Counted from the first letter of the stretch, positions 1 through 10,892 are shown. The stretch: 64,000 nucleotides of DNA from Paramoeba atlantica (GCA_977017575.1 CDRNVI010000100.1:4543-68542); one strand, 5' to 3'. A program made the numbers and translations. Notes: generated by a model from the sequence alone, not told the origin.

Positions 1-169
1 AACCAAAACTCCCCCCCCCCCCCACCTTCCTCTTTCCTAACCCCTTTCCCCCTTTTCTCCCCATTCTCTACCCCCCATCTCTCTACCCCTCACCCTCTCC
101 CTTTTCCATTCCACACCACCCACCCTCTATCTAACCCGCCTTACCCCCTTTTTCGCCTCCCCACCCCCC

Positions 170-1594
170 ATGACCTCTTCCTCCTCCCCCCTCCCCCCTC
201 AGGAGGCACAACTCCACCACGCGGTATCCCCCCCCCACGACAACAACAACAGTGACACTAACGACAACACCCCGGACGACACCCACCGCAACGCCACCAT
301 CGCCTCCACCGCGGCCCACATCCTCTGCACCATGATCGGCGGCGGCCTGCTCTCCCTCCCGCTGGCCTTCGCCCAGGCCTCCCTGCTCCCCGGCATCCTC
401 ATCACCCTCCTCAACGCCCTCCTCGCCTGCCTCTCCGTCTACTTCATCTGCAAGAGCTGCGACGCCACAAAGGTCTACTCCTTCCGCGGCCTCATCCTCC
501 GCGCCTTCCCCCACACCAACCCGAAGCTCCTGGGGATCCTCACCGAGGGCCTCATCCTTGCCTGCAACACCTTCATCCTGATGATCTACACCACCGTGAT
601 CACCGACGCGATGCCCGACCTGTGCCACGGGCTGTGGGGGGGCGGGGTGTGGTCCACCAAGTGGTTCTGGATGCTCACCTGCGGGGGGGTGTTCGTGGTG
701 CTGAGCCCGATACGACGGCTGCACGAGCTGCTGGTGGTCTCCATCCTCGGGTTCGTCGCGATGATCGTGGTGTGCCTGGTGGCGTATGTGCATCTCGGGG
801 AGGTGAGCGTGTTCCCGAGCGGGGGGGAGTTGGAGTGGTTTACGCTCGGGGATGGGGTTTTGCCGGCGTTCGCGGTGGTGTGTGCGGCGTATACGTTTCA
901 TATGAATATCCCGCCGTTGTATGGGGAGTTAAAGAACCCCACGACGGGACGGATGATGACCGCGACGGTGCTGTCGGTGGCGATTGGCGCCGCGATGTAT
1001 ATCTCGGTAGGGGTTTGTGTGTATGTGGCGTTTGGGAAGAGTGTGGTGATGTCCGCGGCGGCGGGGGGGAACTACCTGCGGCATTTCTCGGATACCCATG
1101 GGTGGGCGAATGCGGCGCGTGGGATGATTGTGTTTCACATTATTTGCGCGTTTCCGATTTTTGCCATCGTCGCGCGACGCTCGTGGTACATTATGATGAC
1201 GGGGAACGAGCAGGAAGAAAGTTTGTGGAAGCGAGTGGTGATGGGAGTGACTTTGGTCGTGTTCGCGGTGTGCATCACGTTGGTGATTCCGGGACTGGGG
1301 GTACTGATGGCGTTCACCGGGGCCCTGTTCGGGACCTCCATTGAGTTTATCCTCCCTGCCCTGTTTTACTATCGGTTGCACGGCTCAAAGCCGTTGGAGA
1401 ACAGGCACGCGGAGGAAACCACGGAAGAAAAGGCAGGCGAAGTTGCGATCCCTTGCGAGCCCGTAAAGAAGACGTCGTTGGTACAAGTCGCCGTGGGAAG
1501 TCGAGGGATGCGCTATGCTGCCATTGCCGTGGCACTTTTCGGGGTGGTGGATATGGGAGCTAGCCTTGCGGTAGTGATTAAGGATTTGTGTTAG
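170..1594 (+). CDS. Amino acid/auxin permease (AAAP, Aa_trans/SLC38-like) transporter
   Basis: 474-aa ORF with ~11 hydrophobic segments; TM1 motif HILCTMIGGGLLSLPLAFAQAS, FAVVCAAYTFHMNIPPLYGEL and FTGALFGTSIEFILPALFY are typical of the family. Confidence 0.85.
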   Translation: MTSSSSPLPPQEAQLHHAVSPPHDNNNSDTNDNTPDDTHRNATIASTAAHILCTMIGGGLLSLPLAFAQASLLPGILITLLNALLACLSVYFICKSCDATKVYSFRGLILRAFPHTNPKLLGILTEGLILACNTFILMIYTTVITDAMPDLCHGLWGGGVWSTKWFWMLTCGGVFVVLSPIRRLHELLVVSILGFVAMIVVCLVAYVHLGEVSVFPSGGELEWFTLGDGVLPAFAVVCAAYTFHMNIPPLYGELKNPTTGRMMTATVLSVAIGAAMYISVGVCVYVAFGKSVVMSAAAGGNYLRHFSDTHGWANAARGMIVFHIICAFPIFAIVARRSWYIMMTGNEQEESLWKRVVMGVTLVVFAVCITLVIPGLGVLMAFTGALFGTSIEFILPALFYYRLHGSKPLENRHAEETTEEKAGEVAIPCEPVKKTSLVQVAVGSRGMRYAAIAVALFGVVDMGASLAVVIKDLC

Positions 1595-1945
1595 AAATAG
1601 TAAATCATGAGGTAATGTACTTGGACTAAAACGGTGTTAAGAGAATGTAAGTCGATGAGCGTAAAAATCAGTTTGGGCGGTTTTCCTTTAGTATCTTTCG
1701 TGTCAGCTAAAATTTTCATGGTTACTGTATTTTTTTTATAAGCACCTAGTAAAAAGTTATCCCATTATTTCTTTTCCCAAAGACGATTTCATCTGATTCT
1801 TTAACATTTGAACTGCATTTCTTCAAAAATTTCATTTTTACACTATTATTACATGCTTTTTGTTCCTTTGTTTTTTGGGCTAGCTTCAGTGGCCTTCGCA
1901 CCGTCCCATCAAACTTCACATTTTAGCTGTTACCTCTTTTATTGA

Positions 1946-2878
1946 ATGCCGTCTTGCATTTCATTTTTGACACTTTTTTCTTCCTTCATGTGCCACGTTC
2001 TTTGTAAGGACGACGGTTCGGATCTTAAACTTGGACGGGTTAATCTTTCACTCGTTCCGCAGGAGATTCTTATGGAGCGCTTTATTGATGGGTTGCATGT
2101 CACACCACCGTCTTGGAAGTTTACGAAGAAACGATATTTAGGACTTTCCTCTACCCATGTATCGATTTGCACCTGGGAAGGCATTATTTGCGACAAGGAT
2201 CAAATCGTTCGGCGGGTTCTTTCTGGTAGTCATAATCTTGCAGGATCCTTGCATTATCAGTATTTGCCTCGAGGTGTCCACGAGCTCCGAATTGGTCGCA
2301 AGGGACCTGATATTAGCGGAGATCTTGATTTGCTATTTCTTCCCGAATCATTAAAAATAATGTCGGTACAAGGCAATGCACATAACAGTACAATCTCACT
2401 GGGAAGTCTTCCTAGCTCGTTAACTCTTTTAAACGTTTCCGACAATCAACTCCACGGAGAGCTTGATCTCACACATTTGCCGGATAATTTAACGCATTTG
2501 CTACTCAATATGAATCTATTTTCAGGTAGTATTTCTCTTACCCAACTACCAGAAAAATTGAAAGTGTTACGACTAGACCATAATCATATTGAAGGCCCTG
2601 TAGATCTCACTTCTCTTCCCACGAACTTGACAGATCTGATCCTTGTGCAAAACAGGTTTTCCGGCACCATCTCCCTAGAAAAGCTTCCTCTAAGTCTTCT
2701 GAGGATGCGGTTAGATACGAATCGTTTGCAAGGCCCTCTGAATCTACAACCTTTGGCACGTTACGAATTTCTTTTTGGTTTCTCGTTCTTGGAAAATTAC
2801 TTTTCAAAAGACGATGCAGCGACCGCTCCATATGGGTTTCAATTAGGATCCCAGCGTCAACCTCTAAAGAAGTGCTGA
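1946..2878 (+). CDS. Leucine-rich repeat protein (LPxxLxxLxLxxNxFSGxLDL type)
   Basis: Tandem ~23-aa LRRs (LPDNLTHLLLNMNLFSGSISL, LPEKLKVLRLDHNHIEGPVDL) after a CTWEGIIC cap. Confidence 0.85.
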   Translation: MPSCISFLTLFSSFMCHVLCKDDGSDLKLGRVNLSLVPQEILMERFIDGLHVTPPSWKFTKKRYLGLSSTHVSICTWEGIICDKDQIVRRVLSGSHNLAGSLHYQYLPRGVHELRIGRKGPDISGDLDLLFLPESLKIMSVQGNAHNSTISLGSLPSSLTLLNVSDNQLHGELDLTHLPDNLTHLLLNMNLFSGSISLTQLPEKLKVLRLDHNHIEGPVDLTSLPTNLTDLILVQNRFSGTISLEKLPLSLLRMRLDTNRLQGPLNLQPLARYEFLFGFSFLENYFSKDDAATAPYGFQLGSQRQPLKKC

Positions 2879-2957
2879 AAGCACGTTTCACGAGTACCGT
2901 ATACCCCCCCAGTAGTAGACCCCCCCAGTAACAAGGATTTGACCCTTTTTTGGCCGA

Positions 2958-3485
2958 CCCCCAGTAACAAGGATTTGGCTCGGGAGGGTCGCTGGAGGGG
3001 GGGAGGGGGTGTTTGAGGGGGGTGCGGGCGGTTGCGCGGGAGCGAATTGCGTAGTTGCGGGATTGGCTGGACAGAAAATCAACGCTCTCATGAACAAAAA
3101 AGACCTTTTCCCACCAAAAAAGCATACCCCCCAGTAACAAGGACTTGGCTCGGGAGGGTCGCTGGAGAGGGGGAGGGGGTGTTTGAGGGGGGTGCGGGCG
3201 GTTGCGCGGGAGCGAATTGCGTAGTTGCGGGATTGGCTGGACAGAAAATCAACGCTCTCATGAACAAAAAAGACCTTTTCCCACCAAAAAAGCATACCCC
3301 CCAGTAACAAGGACTTGGCTCGGGAGGGTCGCTGGAGAGGGGGAGGGGGTGTTTGAGGGGGGTGCGGGCGGTTGCGCGGGAGCGAATTGCGTAGTTGCAG
3401 GATTGGCTGGACAGAAAATCAACGCTCTCATGAACAAAAAAGACCTTTTCTCACCAAAAAAGCATACCCCCCAGTAACAAGGATT
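2958..3485. repeat. 170-bp tandem repeat, 3 units plus a partial unit
   Basis: CATACCCCCCAGTAACAAGG recurs at 3123, 3293 and 3463; units are nearly identical. Confidence 0.95.
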
Positions 3486-3648
3486 TGATCATTTTGGTCC
3501 AAAATCGATTCTTACACTGGGGAGGGGGTACAGGGTATAGGAATGTGTTTTTGCGAATAATAGTAGAGGGGCAAGTAAAGTTTAAGAAGATTATAGATAT
3601 ATACACCTTTTTCTTTGCCTTTTGTTTAGCACACTTACTATCACCCGA

Positions 3649-4797
3649 ATGTCCATAAGACCATCTCATGCCTCTTTTTCAAGGCTTCCGCCCAACTTCG
3701 TCTTTTTGAATAGGACTCGATCTCAATCCACCCTTACATCACCTACTCCTCATTTGTTAGGGGCATTGACTTCTGCCTCTCCTCACAATAAAATTCCCGT
3801 GACTCGTTCCGACGCTGGAGATTACGTGCGGCATTATTTCCGACCTGAACTGGCTATTCCGGGCCTGAAACCCTCTTTGAATATTGTAGACTTGGGGGCC
3901 ATTCACGGAGAGAACCTCCATGAGGCCTACACCTTTCAGGACTTTACTTTAGCCGAGTTAGAGGCGACGGGGGATAAGCTGCTTGGGTGGCGTGTCCAGG
4001 GAAACAGCGAGGCGACGCGCCGAAAACTTCACTACCGCGAGCTCTATTGTGGCCCATTGCTGCGCTCCATGACGCGAAACTACCACGAACCCACGGAAGG
4101 CACAAAACAAGCCAATGAGACTAAATCAACGAATGAAACCACCGTTCCAGATGATTCCACCCCGATATTAAAAACAAGCGAAAACGAACACAAAAACACC
4201 GAAAAAACATCTGCAGAGCCCGCGGCTTCGAAATCACTCACTCCAACGCAAACACTCAAATGCTCTCTGCCCAACACAGCGGAGTGCCGCCCCTCTGTCT
4301 CTCGCCACGGCCTCCTGGACGCGGAGCTGCACGTCGCGTTCCGCATCTACGACCCCGTGATTCCCTCCTTGCTTGCGCCCGGGGAGATTAACGAGTACCT
4401 TGGGGTGATGTATCCCGTGCTGGAGCTCACCGCATGTCGGTACCCCCTGCGCCCCACCAACGTACCCGCCCATGTGGCGGATATGGCCGGCGCAGGGTTT
4501 GTGTTTTTCGGGGACCCAATCCCAAGCGAGAAGTGGGCAGGGCTCGAACTCAGCGAGCTCAAAGCTGTGCTGCTGCACAATAATATCCCTGTGGCGATTG
4601 GGAAGAGTTCCGCCGTCGTGGGTACGGTAATGAGTGCGATTAAATTTATCGCACGCCATTTGAAAAGTCGTCCACGGCCGCTCCAGGAGAACCAGGTGGT
4701 GTTGTGTGGCTCCATGGGGTGCACACAGGTGAAACCGGGGCACATCACGGCGCACTACGGCCCACTGGGGTGTGTAGAGGCGTTGGTGGATGAGTAA
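3649..4797 (+). CDS. 2-keto-4-pentenoate hydratase-like (MhpD / FAH superfamily) protein
   Basis: C-terminal motifs DAELHVAFRI, LELTACRY, VADMAGAGFVFFG, QVVLCGS and VKPG..AHYGPLG; first in-frame ATG is at 3649 (the ORF track starts at TTG 3622). Confidence 0.6.
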   Translation: MSIRPSHASFSRLPPNFVFLNRTRSQSTLTSPTPHLLGALTSASPHNKIPVTRSDAGDYVRHYFRPELAIPGLKPSLNIVDLGAIHGENLHEAYTFQDFTLAELEATGDKLLGWRVQGNSEATRRKLHYRELYCGPLLRSMTRNYHEPTEGTKQANETKSTNETTVPDDSTPILKTSENEHKNTEKTSAEPAASKSLTPTQTLKCSLPNTAECRPSVSRHGLLDAELHVAFRIYDPVIPSLLAPGEINEYLGVMYPVLELTACRYPLRPTNVPAHVADMAGAGFVFFGDPIPSEKWAGLELSELKAVLLHNNIPVAIGKSSAVVGTVMSAIKFIARHLKSRPRPLQENQVVLCGSMGCTQVKPGHITAHYGPLGCVEALVDE

Positions 4798-4936
4798 CAG
4801 TTTTTTAAACCACCATGGATTATGCCAGCTAGGCCAAGTACTTTAGCGACACATAAAAACATTTGAAACACCTTGGCTTTTTATTTACCCTTTTTCAACT
4901 TAGTGCTTGATTTTCTTGCTCCTCATTTTTATCCTA

Positions 4937-7522
4937 ATGCTTGGCCGTTTCCGTTTGTCAAACTTGCAAAGGAATCAGAAATCGGCTTTGTGCCTAGCCG
5001 TCAAGCTTGCGAAATATTTACCTGTGATCAACGCTGCCTCCTCTTCGCTCCCTCACACCTTGTCGAAACCCGAAGCGTCTTCTCAAAAAACCATTACGGA
5101 CCACATGGACCGCACAACGAAAACATTTATCGCTCCCCGTTTATTTTTCTCCCCAAGAAAAATCTTCCCGAACGCGATTACCCCTACACAGCCTTTATAT
5201 CACTCTTCCCTACGTTGTTTCCAACACAGCTCCTTCCAACACAGCTCTTCCTCTTCCTCCTCCATACCACCCACCACCGCTCCTCCTTCCCCTGTCCCCC
5301 CCTCCGTCTCCCCCCCACCACCACCCGAGAGCTTATGGCTCAGCCGCGCCCACCTCACCCGTCTTCTCTCCTACATGTGGCCCTCCCACCGCCCGGGGAC
5401 CCGACTGCGTGTCGCCTCTGCGGTGCTCCTGATGCTCGCGACCAAACTCCTCACCGTGTGTGTCCCGCTGGTGTTTAAAACCCTCGTCGACGCCCTCTCC
5501 AGTGAGGAGCTGGTCCGGGCCGCGGCCTACAACCCGTTTGCCTTCTCCCTCACCGCCGTGGCCCTGTGCTACGGCGCCGTTCGCACCGCCCAGCACTTCG
5601 TCCAGGAACTTCGCTACGCGATTTTTATGAATGCCAGCCAGAGCGCGATGAATGAGATCCACGTCCGCATGTACCGCACCCTGCTCGACCAGGACCTCTC
5701 GTTTCACTTAAAACGACAAACCGGCGCCCTGGTGCGTCAAGTCGACCGCGGCATGCGTGCCGTGAACACGCTGATCTACGTGCTGCTGTTTAATCTCACC
5801 CCGACGCTGCTGGAGCTTGGGCTGGTTTGTTATATTATTGCGAATACGGCGCCTGGAGGGCCCGCGGTGGCACTCACGTGTCTCTCCTCGATGGCACTCT
5901 ATACGGTTTTTACGTTCTGGATGACGAAATGGCGTATTGGTTTTCGCAAGGAGTTAAACGCGATTGAGAGCCAAACCAGCCAGAGGTTGCATGAAGGGTT
6001 GACGAACTATGAGGCGGTGAAGTTGTACAACAAGGAGAGATGGGAACTGGACCGGTATGAGGGTTTACTGGAGCAGTTTCGAGGGTACAGTGCGAAGAAT
6101 AACTGGTCGTTTGCGGCGTTAAATTTCGGACAGGCGTTTATTTTCTCTGTTGCGATGGCGCTGATCAGTGCGCTGTGTGCCTCCCACGTGCAATCCGGGG
6201 CGATGACGGTAGGGGATCTTGTCATGGTGAATGGACTGATGTTGCAACTGTCGTGGCCGCTTCACTTTTTGGGAACTATTTATCGTGAATTGACGCAAAG
6301 CAGTTTAGATATGCAAACGCTTTTTCGTTTATTCGACCGCACCACTGAACGAGAAAAGGAGAAAAAGAAACGAGAGGAACATTTTCCTCTGTTTTCTTAC
6401 CGCCCTTCTGGTGGGGGCATTGAGTTTCGCAATGTCTCGTTTCGCTATCCCACAGAAAAAGACGAGGCTTCCATCATTATGAACCCACAAACAAACTCAC
6501 CAAGCTCTGCTTCCTCCCCCACAACAGGAACACCCCAAAACCAATGCACGGAAAAACAAGAAAAATCAGCGACCTCGGTAAATTCCGATGCCATTCTCCG
6601 TGACATCAGCTTTACCGTACGCCCTGGCCAGGTCGTCGGGGTTGTTGGACCCACGGCCTCCGGCAAATCCACTCTGCTCCGGCTGCTCGCTAAGTTTTAC
6701 GAGCCCACGGAGGGTACGATATGGCTGGACGACCAACCCCTTCACCGGCTCACCCCGGACTCCGTACGAAAGGCTCTGGGTTATCTCACGCAGGACATTG
6801 TGTTGTTCAACGACACTGTCCGGTTTAATATTGCCTACGGAGCCGAGGAGCAAGCCCGTGAGAAAAATACTAACGAGACAACGACTTCTTCCCAAACTAA
6901 CGGAGAAGAGGTAGGGAATGAGGCGAAAGAGAAGGGCAAAGAAAGTGAAAAGCGGACAGCTGGAGGGAGAGATGGAGAAGCCATGTCTCCGTCTTCGTGT
7001 CCTGATCCTTTTTCCCTTTCCCATGTCCCGTTTTCTGCCATCCAACACGCCGCGACACGTGCGGATCTCCACAACGGCATCTGTGCCCTCCCCCAGGGCT
7101 ATGACACTCTCGTAGGGGAGCGAGGCCTGCGGCTGTCCGGGGGCGAGAAGCAACGCCTGGCACTGGCCCGTATGTTGTTAAAGGACCCCGTGATTCTGCT
7201 CGCGGATGAGGCCACGGCCTCGCTGGATACCCACACGGAGGCCAACGTGATGAACGCGTTAAAACAAAGTGGCCGGACTGTATTGCTCGTGGCACATCGG
7301 CTCACGACGGTGAGAGATGCGGATTGTATTGTCGTGTTGGACAAAGGCAGGGTTGTGGAACAAGGGACACATCAGGAGCTGTTGTGTGGGGTGGCAAGCG
7401 GGGGGAAGGGGTATGAAGGGGCGGAGAATGGAGAGAGAGGGAAAAGGGCGAAGGGATTGTATGCACAGATGTGGGAAAAACAGTCGCTGGAGAAAACAGT
7501 GAGGTGTGAGGCAAAGGAGTAG
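4937..7522 (+). CDS. ATM1: Mitochondrial ABC half-transporter, ATM1/ABCB7 type
   Basis: TMD with FHLKRQTGAL and NFGQAFIF; Walker A GPTASGKST, signature LSGGEKQ, Walker B ILLADE, H-loop VAHRL; R/S/L-rich N-terminus; first ATG at 4937. Confidence 0.85.
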   Translation: MLGRFRLSNLQRNQKSALCLAVKLAKYLPVINAASSSLPHTLSKPEASSQKTITDHMDRTTKTFIAPRLFFSPRKIFPNAITPTQPLYHSSLRCFQHSSFQHSSSSSSSIPPTTAPPSPVPPSVSPPPPPESLWLSRAHLTRLLSYMWPSHRPGTRLRVASAVLLMLATKLLTVCVPLVFKTLVDALSSEELVRAAAYNPFAFSLTAVALCYGAVRTAQHFVQELRYAIFMNASQSAMNEIHVRMYRTLLDQDLSFHLKRQTGALVRQVDRGMRAVNTLIYVLLFNLTPTLLELGLVCYIIANTAPGGPAVALTCLSSMALYTVFTFWMTKWRIGFRKELNAIESQTSQRLHEGLTNYEAVKLYNKERWELDRYEGLLEQFRGYSAKNNWSFAALNFGQAFIFSVAMALISALCASHVQSGAMTVGDLVMVNGLMLQLSWPLHFLGTIYRELTQSSLDMQTLFRLFDRTTEREKEKKKREEHFPLFSYRPSGGGIEFRNVSFRYPTEKDEASIIMNPQTNSPSSASSPTTGTPQNQCTEKQEKSATSVNSDAILRDISFTVRPGQVVGVVGPTASGKSTLLRLLAKFYEPTEGTIWLDDQPLHRLTPDSVRKALGYLTQDIVLFNDTVRFNIAYGAEEQAREKNTNETTTSSQTNGEEVGNEAKEKGKESEKRTAGGRDGEAMSPSSCPDPFSLSHVPFSAIQHAATRADLHNGICALPQGYDTLVGERGLRLSGGEKQRLALARMLLKDPVILLADEATASLDTHTEANVMNALKQSGRTVLLVAHRLTTVRDADCIVVLDKGRVVEQGTHQELLCGVASGGKGYEGAENGERGKRAKGLYAQMWEKQSLEKTVRCEAKE

Positions 7523-8184
7523 CGAAACGTTGAGGTTGATAAAAGGAGAGTTGTGGTGCGCACGTGTTCGGGTCTCAGAAAGAAAGGACGATGAAGCTGT
7601 TGAGGGTCCCGTCAAATTGAGTGTGAGTTCACTGGGGTCTTATGTTTGTGAAGGCGTAAAAAGTTATGTTGTAATTGTTTTTTTCTCGTCACATACCAGT
7701 GCGTTCATACTCACCAGTATCACCTTTGCCTCGAAGCCCCTTTACCTTGATGCGTGCCTGCTACAGATCTAGAGCAGGCTGTTTTTTACCACACTGATTT
7801 TTTTTTTGCAAAAGAGCAAGGGTTTTGTACCACCACCAGAGGAAAAAGCTTTGACACGTGTAGCTATCTGGGACATGCTCCGATACCTTTTATTGTTGAT
7901 TTTTAGCAGCAGACCGCTTGAGTGAAGCCCTCACTGCATGAACCAGAGCAGGACCTGAATCTTAGGCAGTTAGCTATTTCCTCTCCTTCCTTAGCTAGTT
8001 ACTCGTACTGTACAGTAGCTAGTCTACTGTAGTACAGTAGATAATCTACTGTGAGCGTTGAATACTGAAAAAATATAAAAGACTATTTTAAAGATATTCT
8101 TTGTTTCAATTCATATTTTTTTTCTTTCAATTTTAGAAAATTTCTTTTTCGCATTTTTATCCCTTTTAGACTTTACTTTCTTGC

Positions 8185-8805
8185 ATGGTGTATTTTTACA
8201 CTTTAAAAACTGCCCCGGATCTTGTCTGCTATATGGGCCGAGATAAGTATGAAAACGAAGATCTGATTGAATACGGATTGGACGAGGACGTTTGGTTTCA
8301 TGTTGATGATTACAGTAGTGCTCATGTCTACCTCCGATTAAAGGAGGAAGAATCATGGGAAAATATTTCTCCCGAAACATTGGAAGAATTAGGCCAGCTA
8401 ACGAAACACAATTCAATTACAGGATCCAAACTTGCGTCTGTGAATATTATTTACACGCCGTGGAAGAATCTTCACAAGGGAAAGGATATGGAAATTGGTG
8501 CAATTGGATATCATAATCCGAAAGCCGTCAAAACGTTGCGCATTTCCAAGAACAACGATATTGTAAAACCTATAGAGAAAACAAAGCGAGAGAAGTCAGA
8601 TTACAATTTGAAATCCTTGCGTGAGAAATATGATAAGAACAAAAGAGAAAAGGCACGTCTTATTCAAAAACAGCAAAAAGATGAAAAAGAACGTCAAATC
8701 TCTGAGGCGAAAAAGGCAGCAGAGCTTCGAAATTATTCATCATTAATGAAAACAGTTGATCGGAGTGCTGACCAAACGCCAATCGATGAGGATGACTTTA
8801 TGTAA
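8185..8805 (+). CDS. CCDC25: CCDC25 / NFACT-R (DUF814) protein
   Basis: YMGRDKYENEDLIEYG..DVWFHVDDYSSAHVYLRL signature and a C-terminal coiled coil; pyrimidine tract + AG upstream. Confidence 0.9.
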   Translation: MVYFYTLKTAPDLVCYMGRDKYENEDLIEYGLDEDVWFHVDDYSSAHVYLRLKEEESWENISPETLEELGQLTKHNSITGSKLASVNIIYTPWKNLHKGKDMEIGAIGYHNPKAVKTLRISKNNDIVKPIEKTKREKSDYNLKSLREKYDKNKREKARLIQKQQKDEKERQISEAKKAAELRNYSSLMKTVDRSADQTPIDEDDFM

Positions 8806-9551
8806 TTCATTATTGAGAAATTTTGAATTAATTGAAGCCATCCCCACTTAAATACCTGAGGAAAACTATCGAAGCCGTGAAGAGATTCAACTGAAAGCTT
8901 AAAAAGTTGCACTGGTTCATGACACCACTATTTATTATGAAAGTGTTATTCCCGACGCAAAGCCTACTACATTTTATTAGTGTATGGTTTGCTGTATTTA
9001 TTTTTCTTTTGGAACCTGTTTTATCATTGGAGAGTATGCAGTAGGTCTGTGTAAGTCCGCGACGAGCTGTGGTACGTGGTAATCCGTGTAGATTCGTGAA
9101 TGTTCGTGTAGAATTTTTCGGTATTTTTTGAGAGGGCTTAATGGCTCGGCCGCTAGGATGATTGCATGTAGGTAAAACAGACCGAATTAGTTAAAACACG
9201 TCACTCTGAATGAAAATTTAAATAACAGCTGAAAGAATAAACCCACATAGGCACTAATACTAATAATCCTTGTGATGGGAATAGTCGTTGGCTTTAGCAC
9301 CACTCACTCTTTACCTTATTTGGTGCCACTTATCTTTACTTTTTCATTAAATCTCTTTTACCATCTTAAACCTCTTTTTAGCTTTATAACTTGAAACATC
9401 ACGCACATTGCGAGAAGCGACGTTCTTTTTGCACTTTTTTAAAGATTCCATCTTACGGGAACCTTCTTCATCTTCGACTTCAATATGTTGTGGGCCACGT
9501 GAACCAAACGTGGTTCATCATTATCTTCGGTGGGATTGAACGAATAATGTA

Positions 9552-10518
9552 CTCCCCCTGTCATTAATAATTTCTTTTTTAGGCTTTTCGTTAAATGCGG
9601 TGGTTGTTTTCAACTTAGAAGTCCCTCATGCTGCGCTCTTCGCGTTGAAAACTACCTCCGCGTTTAACGAAGAGCCCAAAAAAGAAATTTGGCCTGGAAA
9701 GGTGAAGAAAACGGAAAGATTATAGCCAAAAATAGCCGATTTTTGGGTAAAAATGGGGTGATTTTTGCGTATTTTTGCTCTCAGAGCACTAAATCTGATA
9801 TTTGCGTGTGCGAAATCACTCGTAGGCGTGAATGCAAGCCTACTGAACGTGTTGGGTAGAGAATGCGACTCCAACCACGCCATTCTTTCGACATAAAAAG
9901 GCCTCTTGGGGTCCGAAAAATACTTTTTCACCTTTTTTAGTAAAAAATGGACCATTTTCGCGGGCATACCACGGCTCGAAGAAGAGATAGCTTGGGAAAA
10001 CAACTGGGCGGAAAGCTAGTATAGGTCCCAAACTCAAAATACAATAGGGGAAACGATTTTTGGAAAAATAATTTTTTTACCATCTTTTTCGCCAAGTTGA
10101 ATTTTTTTTCAAAATTTTTTTTCCGAAAAAATCCGAACTTGGCGGACCCGTCCTGCGGCTACGAGGGGGGGTCACCCCGGGGTACGGGGGTGGAAAATGC
10201 GCGCCAAGACCCCGGCTACCCTTTCTGCGGTTTTGTTTCGAAAAATCATTTTTACAAAAAAATTTCGTGCGGTATGCTCCCCCCCCCCTAGACCCCCCAT
10301 TTTTTTCAATTTTGACCACCGGAGCCCCTTTTTATATTTTTTTCTTCTATTATATTACTGTGTTCCTCTTTATATTTTCACTGTTTTTGTTCACCTTTTT
10401 TTCAATAATCGAGGGTAGAGCGGTAGTTTTACAACCACCGCAATGATAATGATAATCCTCAAGAATGATAATTTTTTGAGATTATTATTATCATTATCAT
10501 TATTAATGGCAGGGGGAG
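9552..10518. mobile_element. Small TA-flanked hairpin MITE (TIR CTCCCCCTG.CATTAATAAT), interrupted by a Helitron2-like insertion
   Basis: TA at 9550-51 and 10519-20; removing 9571-10443 restores an AT-rich palindrome; similar ends at ~14556-14578 and ~40252-40270. Confidence 0.6.
9571..10443 (-). mobile_element. Non-autonomous Helitron2-like element, full-length copy (~873 bp)
   Basis: One end TTGCGGTGGTT-GTAA-AACTACCGC hairpin; other end a ~44-bp-arm hairpin; 11-bp asymmetric inverted repeat GCGGTGGTTGT; no TSD; many other copies in the window. Confidence 0.65.
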
Positions 10519-10892
10519 TACTCCTCTTCTCATTAATTTATATAAACGCCATTCCTAATTTTTCAGAAAAAAATATAGATTTTCAAAAAATTATGTTTTT
10601 GAAGAAAAAAACAGGAAAAGCTAGGATAGAGGGGAGGACACCGCAGAAAAATTTGACCCTCACTTCCGACAAGGACCTTGGATCTCACGTTCTGCAATAG
10701 CTTATCGCAGAAAAATAGCGTTTTTCCATCAGGCAAGATCATTAATCAGGACTTTTTGCCTAACCATTCTTATTAATTTCTATAAATATAAATATAAATT
10801 TTCTTTTTTGTTACAATATATAAACCCCTGGCCACCAATAAGGCACCCCCCCTTATTTTTTGCATGAGGGGGTATGGTAGGGTTATCATACC

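Noticed and set aside
131-901. Long antisense or alternate-frame ORFs over GC-skewed genes (131-901, 23259-24050, 23845-24258 and similar)
   Set aside because: They overlap well-supported genes, have low-complexity translations, and arise because skewed sequence lacks stop codons.
7580-7960. Possible snoRNA cluster between ATM1 and CCDC25
   Set aside because: C- and D-box-like words are present, but no convincing box pair with a recognisable rRNA guide.
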